A DNA stretch of 41,665 nucleotides from Rhizaria sp. SCN 62-66 (taxonomy: Eukaryota), in contig MEDY01000274.1 of NCBI GenBank assembly GCA_001724265.1, positions 1-41,665 of the forward strand. Direction: 5' to 3'. This document shows, one piece after another, positions 23,095 through 34,600 of this stretch. The position numbers were made by a program, and so were the translations under genes. The notes under the pieces are model-generated. The model was not told where the DNA came from, did not search any database, and saw only the letters and a list, made by a program, of their open reading frames with translations. Each line of letters starts with the position of its first letter. Within the stretch, counting starts at the first letter, position 1.

Positions 23095-26000
23095 ATGCAC
23101 ATGGACGGCGTCACCCCCCTTCGTGCTTGGGAGAAGCACAACAGTGGGGACGGTCCCGCGAGCGGCGCCTCTGCCGCTGCCTCGCGAGACCGCACACAGG
23201 CCCCGCCTCCCGGGCGGCGGTCTGCATGCACCCAGGTGTCTTCTCCCTTTCTTTCACCCCGTGTGTCCGCCCCGCCTTACCGGGGCGCTTCCCTGCTCTC
23301 TGCGCTCGCGCTGCTAGCCGTTCTTCTATGCTTCTCGAGCTCTTCTGTGCTCGCGACAGCACAAGAGCAGCCGCCGCAGCAGCAGCACCAGTTCGCGAAC
23401 CTTAACGCGCTGTATGACCTCGAGAGCGCCGCCCCTGCGCCCTGGGTTGCTACGATTGAGCGGTCCGCTCACGCTTCCGCCTTTGCAAGCGCTCACGCTG
23501 TTGGCTCCAGCTCTGGAGGTGCGAAGTGGGTCAGTCGCGACCAATTCACTGCCACTCCGCAGCCACAGGCCAAGCACAACAAGCGCAACGCCACGTCGCT
23601 CGGTGACGACGGCTCTAGCGACCCGGCTGCCCTGGCGGTGCTCTCGACCGTCTCAGCGCCGCCCGCGCTTGACCTGTCGACGCTGGCGATGCTCCAGGTG
23701 ACCGAGTCCGTGACGCACGCACAGGAGCTCACGATGCAGTGCTTTATGGAGCTCATTGTCGAGCCGCTTGCCGTGCTCGGCACGCCCGCGCTGGTGTCTA
23801 TCTTTATCAAGGTTCTTCGTAAGCTCTCCTTCCTCCTCATTGGCATGGCTCTGGCTCCAACTTTCGCCGAACCGATTCTGACCCCGATCGTCGAACGCCT
23901 CGCGCCGCTGCCCAAGACGGGCGGCGTCGGTAACTCCCTGGCGCCAATCCCCTACGATGGTTCCTCCGGTACCGGTGGTCAGCAGTACCCCGAACCGCTA
24001 GCAAACTCCCCCGGATACCTCAACGCTATGGAGCAGTCCCGGTCTGCCATGACGGCCAGTGACGCCGAGACCAAGGTTTTCGGGTCTAGCTCTTCCACGA
24101 TGTCGATGCCACCGAACCAGCACATGACTGACTCGGCGCTCTGGTCGCGACTCGACCGCGAACGCACCGGTACCGCCACGCACGAGCTCTTATCGGCCGA
24201 TCTACGGTCCATGGCACAGTGGGCCGAGCTGGCGCAGCCCAGGCTCTGGCCAGGGTTCGCAGGCTTCCTCTCACCGGCCGAGTGTGCGACGAACGTGCTT
24301 CTCGCGGTGCAGACCCGCGGCAAGCCCGGTATGGTAAAGACGGAGTGGCAGCGTGACCGCTTCGGAATCTTCACCCAAATGCGGCTGCGCGGCGCTGAGT
24401 TCGCGGGCGTGCGCAAGAACCGCATCAACTCGTCCAAGGAGCTGCAGAAGCGGTGGCCGCTGATGACGCTGCTGGATCTCCGGCACATGCAGAACGACTG
24501 GCAGCTGCTGCCGCTCGTGCTGTGGCGCATGCTCGACCCCACGGCGACCGGCGTGACGCAAGGGGACGCTGTGACGCGCGTGTTGCGGGACATCTGGGGT
24601 CGGCCTGACCCCGAAATGGAGGACCTAACCCCCGGTGCGAAGGCGCAAACGAGCAACTCCCTCTCCACAACGCCCGGGTTTGTGTTCGGCCGTGTGTATG
24701 AGGCGTGCATTGTGCGGCTGACGAAGCCCACGGTGAAGCGTCTCACCACCGCGTTCCAAGACCCCAAGTCGTCGTTTAACGGCATCGGACAGTCCTACTT
24801 TATCCGTAACTTCCAGGTACGTTTGTGTAATTTCACAAAAACAAAGATGTCTCGACACCTAATGAAATTCGGAGAAAGATGTCATGTAAATGCTTTAAAG
24901 CAAATGTTCATCTAATTTTTTATGATGTATTTTTATGTATGTATCCTTATTTATAGGAGTTTGTGCACGAGGCGCACCGCGTCAAGGCGATCTGCGCCGA
25001 GAAGCAGCGTCTCTCCGGTCTCGGCCTGCCCATGCCGGCCGGTCTGGCCTCTGTCGTGCCTCTGGGCGCCGACTCGGCGTCTCTGTGGCGCCGGTACGTC
25101 GCGTCCCCGCAGTGGGTGACCAAGCGCGGGACGGAAGTTAGGTCGCATGCCGGCGACCACGGTCTCCCCCCAACGATGAAGCCGGCTGACGCGGGCAGTC
25201 TCGTGAGCAGTGATGTCGCCGAGCGCACCAAGTTCCTGCCCAAGGCCTCGGTCGCCACGGCTCTCATTCTCGAGGCCGAGCCCGATGAGCACGTCACCAA
25301 GACGATCACGAACGCGGTTGCCAAGAAGCTTTACGAATGCACTGAACAGGAGGCCAAGAAGACCTTTGCCGCGCGCGCGCTGGTGATGGTCGCTGGTTTG
25401 ACGGATGAGGAAGCGAAGCGGGATAATGCGCAGTTGACGCGGACACAGTTTGACGTCTCGCCACACGCGCTCATCACTCTCGGCAAGGCTCTCCACCAGG
25501 TGCGTGGATATTTCGAAACAATATGAACCCAAACATTCACAGCTTAAACAAACAGACGCTTTTAATTCTGAATTATATTGAAAATTACTAAACCCGGTCT
25601 ATTTTTCGCATTCTCACCCTGATATTGCACATTTATTCTCGATCTTTGTTTTTGGTTCGCATCATAGGTGTGCCTGACGCGTGCCCTAGCCGGCACGATC
25701 CCGTCCGACTCTGAGATCTTCCTGCTCTGGGAGGTCTACACCGGTGGCGTCGACACCCTCATCGGCTCCATGACGCGCCAGTCCATCGAGGCCGGTCTCC
25801 GCCGTTTGCTCGAAAAGGCCGCCGCCAAGCACTCCCCTCTGGCGCGGCCGCAGCACAACGCCGTCCGCGCGTGTCTGGAAGCGCATATCCCGGGGGCCGC
25901 GGTCAACGCGCTGGCTACGCTCAAGCCGCACTCACGCGAGCCGGTGCTAGGGGCGCGGTATCGGGACCACGAGTGGTATCTGAAGCCCTCGCCCCCGGGC

Positions 26001-29000
26001 CCCAAGGGGCCAGGGGTGATTCACGAGCGCGTTGTCTTCACCGAGCTTGACACGGAAATTACGTTGCAGTCTGATGCCGACGCGGACTCCGACGCGGAGT
26101 CACTGCTTGAGGTCGACTCCGAGTCTGGGATGGACTTTGAGCTCTATTCCGAGTCAGAGTCGGAGTCAGAGTCTGGCTCTGGTTCTGGTTCTAATGCAAT
26201 CTCTATGTCTCGCGACATGTTCGCGGCGTCCCGCGCCCGTATCCAGGCCGCGACGGCTGCGAACCGCAAGCGTCTGGACAACGCGGCCCGCGTCGGCCTC
26301 GGCGTCGACTCGGCCAACTACTGGCAGCTCTTCCGCGGCGCCGCTGCGTTCAAGGGCGTCATCGACGCGCTCGGGCTCCTCTGCGCCGCGCCCGCGATGC
26401 CGCCCGCGGCCGCCGACGACAAGTGCCCCGCGCGGGCCGTCGCGCGCCCCGGCGAGAGCGCCGAGGACCGTGAGCGCCGTCTCAACCGCGCCCGCACCGA
26501 GCTACGTCAGGCCTTCACGCGCTTCGACCCGCGCGGCCAGGGCGCGCTGCCGCTGCGGCCCTTCACGTCGATGCTCGCGGCCGCGGTCACCGCTGCGGTG
26601 CATAACCCGCGGCTGTTCCCCGAGGTGCAGCAGCGGACGAAGCAGATCGGCAGTAAGGAGCTGCGCGTGCTCAAGGGCTGCATCAAGGAGCAGAGCCGCA
26701 CGCACGGCCAGGTGCTGTTTGCGCGGTACTTGCGTCTTGGTGACCCGCTCTCGCTGCCGCTGACGGGGCCCGGCTCCGGCGCCGCGGCGCTGGCGGCGCG
26801 CGACTTGACGTTCCCGCCCATGCGCATGGAGCCGCTGTGGTTCCGCCACACCGTCTGCGCGATCGCGCACAGCTGCGTCAACGCCATGGGGCTCGGCGAC
26901 GACGGACCGCAGGGGCTCACCGTGCAGCAGCTATTGCATTTGCTGTGGATGCGCACTCTGCGCGTGATGTCGGACATCAACCGCGCCAATGCGCGCGTGT
27001 TGGTCGCTAAAACGGCCCGCAAGCGCTTCACACGCGCTGCGCAGGAACTCTTGAAGATTCTCGCTCCCAAGTTCCTCTCGCAGCGCGCGGAAGTGCTCGA
27101 CGCTGCCGGCCGCTCCGCGCGCGGACTGCTTGCGTCGCAGTACATCGTCAGTCAGGACATGATCATGCGCCGTCACCCCGGTGCCATCGCGGCCGCAGCT
27201 TCCGCGCTCGCCACCGGCGCTATCTTGGACACGTTCACGAAGCGCAACCGTATGGCGCGTGCTTGGACGACGTATGATCCGTCGCGCACGTTCAAGCTGC
27301 AGCAGCCCGCGGTGGAATCAGCGCTGCACTCGAAGCTGGACCGGCCATGCACGCAGCGCATGAAGGCCGGCGAGGACGGGTTTGACATTGCGCGTGACCA
27401 GGCGTGCCAGTGCGCGCGCAAGCGTGTGCCTGCCGCGGCGCGCGAGATGCGCAATGATCTCGACCGTGATTCCAAGGGGTACATCTCGGCGGAGGATTAC
27501 TTCCTCTCGTACACCGATCCCGACGCGTTCGACATCAAGGCGAGTAAGCTGCTGCAAGAGTGCGCCGCCCGTGTCGCGCGCTCCGCCGACGACATCGCTG
27601 CCGAGTACAACGCGTTGGCCCCGATCACCCCGCGGTCGATCGAGATCAACTGGGAGAAGCGTATCCGCTCCTCTCAGTGCCAGGAGCCCGGTTGGCCGCA
27701 CATCGCCAAGTGCATGCTGCCGCGCGCGCCCAAGGACGCGCTGTCGGTCGCGCTGGATCTCGTCGCGCGCGACCCGTCGCACACGTCCAAGGCGGGCGTC
27801 AGCAGCGGCGGCGGCCGCGGGGGCCACGGCGGCGGCGTCGTCGTGTCGATGCCTGGCTTCAGCGCAAACCCGTACCTCATCCGTGACGGTTACGCCGCGC
27901 TGGCCGCGCAGTGCCGCGAGACGACTGATGTCCGGGCCGCCATCGCGCGCGACACGGCGGTGTGGAAGATCTTCGCCGAGGACCGCAGTGTTATTATTAA
28001 CACCGACGTCGAGCGTGTCATCTGCATGCGGCTCGCTAAGCTCGCTGGCCTCGAGGCCGCGGGCCCTGTGGTCAACTCGTTCCTCGCGCTGGGCGAGACG
28101 CTCAGTGCACGCGCGCGCAGTGGCGCCGTCCCGGACTCGGTGTCGTTCCTCGAGGCCGGCACCGAGCTCGCGGCCACCCACGTCGCCGCTGTGGACGCCT
28201 CGAGTACCACAGGCACCGAGTCCTTCACCGCGCACTCCGCGCAGTCCCCGGCCGCCGCCGCTGTCGCGACGCCAGTGCTCGCGTCGCTGGCGACGCTGAC
28301 CCCCGCGTTGCGCGCCACTGCCGCCTGCATCTCCCGCGGCGCGCGCGTGACGGCGAAGCAGGCGATTGTGCGCGTGGACCACTCCATCCGCGGGCCGGTC
28401 CGCGGGCGCATCGAGAGCCACGGCCAGCTGCAGGCGCTCGGCGACGGCCGCGTCACGCGCTGCGAGTTCGACTCGGCGCCACGCGCGCTGGACGAGACGA
28501 TCGACGAGCTCTTCACGCAGTGCGGTGCGCAGCCGACCAACGACGCGCGCCGTGTTATGCAGGCGTATACGGAGCCCGGGCAGGAGCCTGAGCAGGCGTC
28601 GGTCTCCGCGACCGTGCTCGAAGAGCGGTACAACGAGCAGGTCGAGCAGGCGCGTGCCGCCGTGCGCGCGCGCCGTGACGCCGCCGTCGCTGCGTACCAG
28701 AAGGCGTCGTACACGCCTAGTCACACCGCCCAGGTCGACGGCCGCGCGGTGCCTGTGGACACGCTCAAGGACGACGCACAGGCGCGCACGCTGGCGCTGG
28801 CGCAGTTCGAGGCCGTCGCCGAGTGCGCGCTCGATCTCACTCGCAAGGCCGCGAAGCAGGTTATCCACGGGATGGTGCTGCATGTCGAGGGCGTCGACGC
28901 GGTGCTGTCCGCAGCGTCCGCGTCCGACACGGGCAGCGGGTCATTCGCCGAAGAAGCGGCGTACATTACCACGCTTGCCGACGCTGTGGGCTTTGACGTG

Positions 29001-31196
29001 TCTTCGCCGTCGCTTGTCGAGGCGATGGCCCAGCGCGCGCGCGCCCCGCGGCCGCTGTTCACCAGCGGCGGCAAGCGCATTCTGGCCGTGGACATGCGCC
29101 ACGTCACCGCGCTCCCCTACGCGCTGGCCTCGGGCGCCAAGAGCATCATGCAGCGCTGCGAGCTCGCGACCAACACGCGCGTGCACCGGCTCTGGATGCG
29201 GTACGCGCCCGCCAAGTCGACCTGGGAGACGCGCATGCGGCTTCGCACTGCAGCGGCCGCCTCAGCGGGCTCCGCGGCGAGCACGATGTCGTGGCTGGCG
29301 GAGGCGGAGCGCAAGCTCGACGCGATGGCGAGCGCGGAGCACGGCCCCGCCGCTGATATCGACGAAGAGCGCGTGAAGTTCATCCCGCGCGATGTTGTCG
29401 AGGAGATGCTCACGCGCATGGTCGCCTCGGCTGCGAACCAACGGCTCGATACTGACGAAGACGATGCTGTCGCCGCCGCAGCCCGCAAGGAGCGCGCGCG
29501 TCAGGGTTATGCCTCGTTCCTCGAAGCCGGCGCCGGCCTTGGCTCCGAGTCTGATCCCAGCACCGCGACCGGCGCGCAGCACATGCCCGGCTACGCACTG
29601 TTCGCTCGGTGCGTGCGCAGCGGCATCCCGGCGGCTACGGACCGCGTTCTGGCGTATTTCCTGCCCAAGGGCGCGGTCAACGACGTCACCCAAACGCCCT
29701 CAGTGCGCGCGACGCTGCTCTCAGCCGCGCAGGCCGTCAGCAACACCACGGACGCACAGCTGCCGAACTCGCACCAGACGCAGCGTCTGCTTGACGCCGC
29801 GGCGCGCGCCGGCCGGATCGAGTACCGCGACTGGCTGCGGCGCCAACTGGGGCCGATGCACATCCCGCTTGACCCGCCGCACCCGTGGGGGCAGTCGTGC
29901 CCCAACTTGGCCGCCGTCTTCTCGGGCCCCGCCAACGACGCCGCGGCGGACCGCAGCGACGTATTGGCGTCGGCAGTGCTGTCGGCGGCCCGCTCGCTCG
30001 CCGCGCGATGCGACGCCAAGGTGAACTGGGGCGCGCTGTTCAACGAGATCATCCACCGGTCGCTGGAACCTTTGGGCGCGAGTACCGGCAAGCGTCCCTC
30101 CCCGTTCATGGACATGCAGTACCTGAACCCGCGGGAACCCTTGGATCCCAACGACAAGCACGCGTTCCGCGAGAACTCTGCACTGCACCGTGTCGTGCCC
30201 CCCGAGCCCGTGGACCTGATCGCTACCACAGCGCGTTGGGCCACGGCTGACCCCATCCGTGCGGCCGCCGTCGATGCCGCGGTCGACAACCCTCCTGGCG
30301 GCATGCCCTCTGTCACGGGTGCACTGGGTGTGTCACTGTTGAGCGTGAGCGAAGTGCGCGCGGCGTCGGTCGACGGCGCGGCCGCGGCGACTCTGCTGGG
30401 TCTCCGCAACGGCGCCGCGCCCGCCGCACCGGGCACCACGGTGTTCGCCGAAATGTCCTCCACAGTCAGCGCGAGCGCCGCCGCGGCCATGAGCGCGGCG
30501 CCGCCGCTGCCCGCCGTGGACAACGACATGGGTCCACTTGTTGCCCGCGTGTCGCAGGTCATGGGAGACGCTGCGTCGGCCGGTCTGGCTGCGGGGCTCC
30601 AGGCGTCGCTGCCGGATAACCTCGTCAAGGTGACAAATAACACCGTCTCACGTGTGACCGCACGTAAACTGCTCAAGTCGCTCACGGTCTCGCTGACCGA
30701 CTCGCTGACGGCGACGCTGCTGCTCGCGATCTCGCGCCCGCTCGTGCACCACACCACTCGCATGCTGACCCACGCGCTCACGCCGGCGATCATGTACCCG
30801 GCCACGTCGATCATCGCGCGCGCGCTGACGCACAACCCGCGCGGCGACTACTACTGCTGGTACTGCGCGACGACGGGGCAGACTGCGCCCGCGCCCGGGC
30901 AGCAGGGCGTGCCGCTGTATTGCGACTATTGCCAGCGTGCGCAGGAGTACAACTACAACATCGACTATTACGCGCAGTATTTTGCGCGGCACTACACGAG
31001 CTATTATGCGGAGTTCTACTCGAATGGCGCGGGCATGGAGGATATGATCCGGCTCAGGGACCCGATTCTGGAGGAAATTCTCAACATCTCTGGTTCGGAC
31101 CCTGTTATCGTGCAAAAGCAGCTCTACGGCAAGAACGAGACCAGCAACGGCAGCACTGCGCCGGTGCCGGACGTGCAGGGCGGCGGCCAGAGTTGA
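23095..31196 (+). CDS. giant predicted secreted protein (~2,597 aa) with degenerate EF-hand modules and a Cys/Tyr-rich C-terminus; 3 exons (23095-24816, 24957-25499, 25668-31196)
   Basis: Two phase-0 AT-rich introns (24817-24956 GTACGT..ATAG; 25500-25667 GTGCGT..ATAG) join three ORFs. Signal-like segment SLLSALALLAVLLCFSSSSVLA at ~23290-23360. Near-canonical EF loop DRDSKGYISAED at 27462-27497. The start could be 23095 or 23101. Confidence 0.85.
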
Positions 31197-31626
31197 GGTA
31201 TGTTAAGATAAGGATAGGAAGGATGACTAAGGCTGCAGCTTGATGTTGCATGATGCAAGGAAGGTGGTTGGTGTGAGCTGCTGCTGATGTTGATGTTGTC
31301 GCGTGTTTGCGAAAGGATAAATGCGGGGCCAGTTGGACGGCCGCTGCTTGGTAGTTGCTCTCACAATGAGTTAAATCTAAATCACATATAGTAATAAAAA
31401 TAAGCAAATCTTTATTTCAAACAATACTCACTGTTTATCGTGCTGTTTTTTTGAGATGACTTACTGGCTGATAGAGGTGTGACTGGCAGCTGGTCACCGA
31501 ATTGTTTTTCAAGTTGCAGAACCAGAGAGGACACGACTGGGTCTTTAAAAACGACCGAATACCGCAAAGCTGAATCATCAGAAAATCGAAAGAGGCTTTT
31601 TTGTGGAACTATTGGACGCATCGAAT

Positions 31627-34600
31627 ATGAACCCTAATGTCGGCATCTCGCCGGGGCGACATTCGTCACTCAAGGGATCGCCTCAAAGCACAGTGGCGCC
31701 CGACACATGCGTCTCGTTTGCAAAGGTAATAAACCACCGCCCTCTGGTACGTCCAAATAAACTATACTATATGCTTTTTGTTTCAAGTGCGCTGAACGAG
31801 ATCTCCGCTAACTATCTACCCCTCTCGTTTTCTTCTGCAGGCTGTTTCTGAGCAAGTACAGGGCGGGCTCTACTCCCTCAAGCGCTCGACCGTCGGTCTC
31901 GAGCGTCTCGCCCAACTTCTCTCCCGCGCCGGCTCCGCGCCATCCCTCGCCAAGTCTTTCCGCGACACGCAACTCGAGCGTGTGCCCGCCGATAAGCGCG
32001 TCAAGTTTCCTGACTTGCTGGCGCCGTTCGAGCGTGGACTGCAGGCCGGCGAGGAGTCGATTCTCACCGTCGTCACCGCCACCGCAGTCATGGTTGAAGA
32101 GGTCCAGCGCCTCATTGTTGCGCCAACGTGGGAGTTTTACACCGCCGCGCAGGCACGCCGCAAACGCATTGAAGCCGAGGTACGTCCGCCAATGCTCAAA
32201 ACCATAGCAAAGTCGCAACTTGAAGTTTAAATGAATCCTCCGAGTCTCCTTTCACAGTCTCGCTCTGACAAAACGCGTCACATCATTTTTTGCAAACTTA
32301 TCCTTGACATTTTTGACTTTTGCTTGTTTTCTTTAGATTCTGCGCAATGAGGCTATCATGAAGCAAAGCGCGGCGGCCCTGGACAAGCAGCGCACCGAGT
32401 GCCGGCGTCACGTCTCAGCCCTGGCCGCTATTCAAGTCTTGGAGGCATCGCAAATGCATAAGCAGTCGCTGCTGCCGCGCTCCTTTAACAACAACAGCAA
32501 CGCCAACGCTAGCATGACTGCGAATGCGAGTTCTGGCAATAATAACAGTACACCGGTGTCGTCCCTCTCGTCAGTCTCGAACTCGGCCGTCGAGGCTGAG
32601 ACTGTTACCACCGCGACTGAGGCTGCTGGAGTCGCTCGTGACAGTGACTCCACCGCCACTGCTGCTGCTGCTGTAACAGCCACGCGCGCGCGCTCAGGCT
32701 CCGGCGTAGTCTCGGTCTCCTCCCGTTCCACCCCCAGCCTCGAAGCTAGTGCCGCGACAGCGAACGGCAATGATAATGGTAGCTACAAAGACACTGCTGC
32801 AACTGCTGCTGCGGTAAAGGTGTCTAAGAAAGAGCGCCAAGCGCGTGACCGTGCGCACCGTGCCCTCCGCAGCTTCTGCGCGTCCCTCGTCGCCGCGCGC
32901 GCCCAACAGGCGCGGATCCTGCGACAGGAGCTGCCGCGGCAGCTGAGGACGCTAGAGTCGATCGAGCGCGCGCGCATGGAGCTCACGACGCGATCGTTAC
33001 AAACCGTACAGGAACGTCTATATGAACACGAAACTATTGAAAGCGTTATTTAAATGTGAATTACAATGTATTTTACGTGTATACCGCATGAATACTCTCT
33101 TTTTTACTAAATAGTCCCATCTGTAATGTGTTGTTGCTGTTTTTATGTTTGTTTTCTTTCTGCGCAGGCGTTGCTGCAGCAGATGCAGGGCGAGACCCGC
33201 GCCGCGTTGAGTAAGTGCAGCCTCGCGGCCCGCGGCATGCAGCAGCCTGAAGACGCACTCCGTGGCTTAACTAAGCGCTGGGTCATGGCCCACGGTCCCC
33301 CCTCAGCCGCCGCCGCCACTAATAGCGCGGGCGCAGGCTTGAGCTGGGTGAGTGAGACGCTGCCGTACGGGGTAACGTGTTCCCCCGCCGCGGCGCTGCA
33401 CGGGGTAACCGATGACCTTGCGTACGGCGCGCGTGCCACGGGTTCCGGCGTCGCTGAGCTGGGTGAGTCGAGCGCGTGGATTCATGAGGAAACCGCCGAG
33501 CTCTCAGAGGACTCTGACAACAACGGCGCTGTGAGCTCTAACACGAAGGCTTCAATGACGACTGCGATTGGTGGCAAGAGCGATGGGAGCAAGAGCAGCC
33601 GTTTGCGCGAGAAAGAGCTTGAAGACGTGTTGGCGTCGCTAGCAGGCTCTGCGTCGGCATCGCGTTCGGTGACGAAGCTGCTGCTGCGCCAACGCGAGCA
33701 ACACAAACATCAACAACAGCAACAGCAACAACAGCAGCAGCAGCGTGGTGGCGCTCTCTATGCGGCGCCGGTCTCCGGCCACAGTGGCTCTGACAGTAAC
33801 TGCGACAACGCAGTGCAAGGCTCGGCATCAGCCTCAGCCTTGTCCTCGGGTTCCACCGCTGGTTCTGGCTCTGGCTCCTCTGCGGTTGCTGCCAACAACG
33901 GTGTCAGTGCGGGTGTCGTGACCGGCGACTGTGAGAGCGTTGACAGCGACGACTCCGGCGTCTCCCGCATGCGGCTTGACGTGTTTCTGGCCGACTTAGA
34001 CCCTGTCGCGGAGGACTATCACGACAACAACGACGGTGAGAATACTAGTCGCAGTCGCGACACCAGCGACGAAGCCGACGCTCTCACACCACAGCTGCGC
34101 CCCCTCTGCGCCGTCGCCGCTCCTGCTCCTGCCGCTGCTGTTGTCAATACTGCAACCGCTTCGCATGATTCCGGCGCAGCTGTCGTCTCCGTCGCGAGTG
34201 AGACCGAGGCGGTGGGTGGTGGGCAACGCAGTCGCGGTGCGAGCTCAACGCTGCCGCCCTCGGCAGCAGCCACAGTCGTCATTGGCAACAAAACCAACAA
34301 CAACTGCACTGTGCAACAGACAGCTACGATGGGCGCCAGTGCAGCGGGCTCTGCCACTGGCGGCGGCTCACTGTACACAGTGTCGCTGCAGAGTGAAACG
34401 TGCACTTCCGGTGCGTCTGCAAGTCCGCGTGACTCACCAGTACTTACGAGCACGCCAGTACTCGCTCACGCGGGACCTGGCGAGACCAGTCACGCGTTTT
34501 ACAACCAAGCTACGAGCAGCAACAACGCCAGCAACAACAGCTTTGCGCAGTCGCCGCTGATGACGCCAGTCGCAACTGTGATGCAACAGATGCAGACCCA

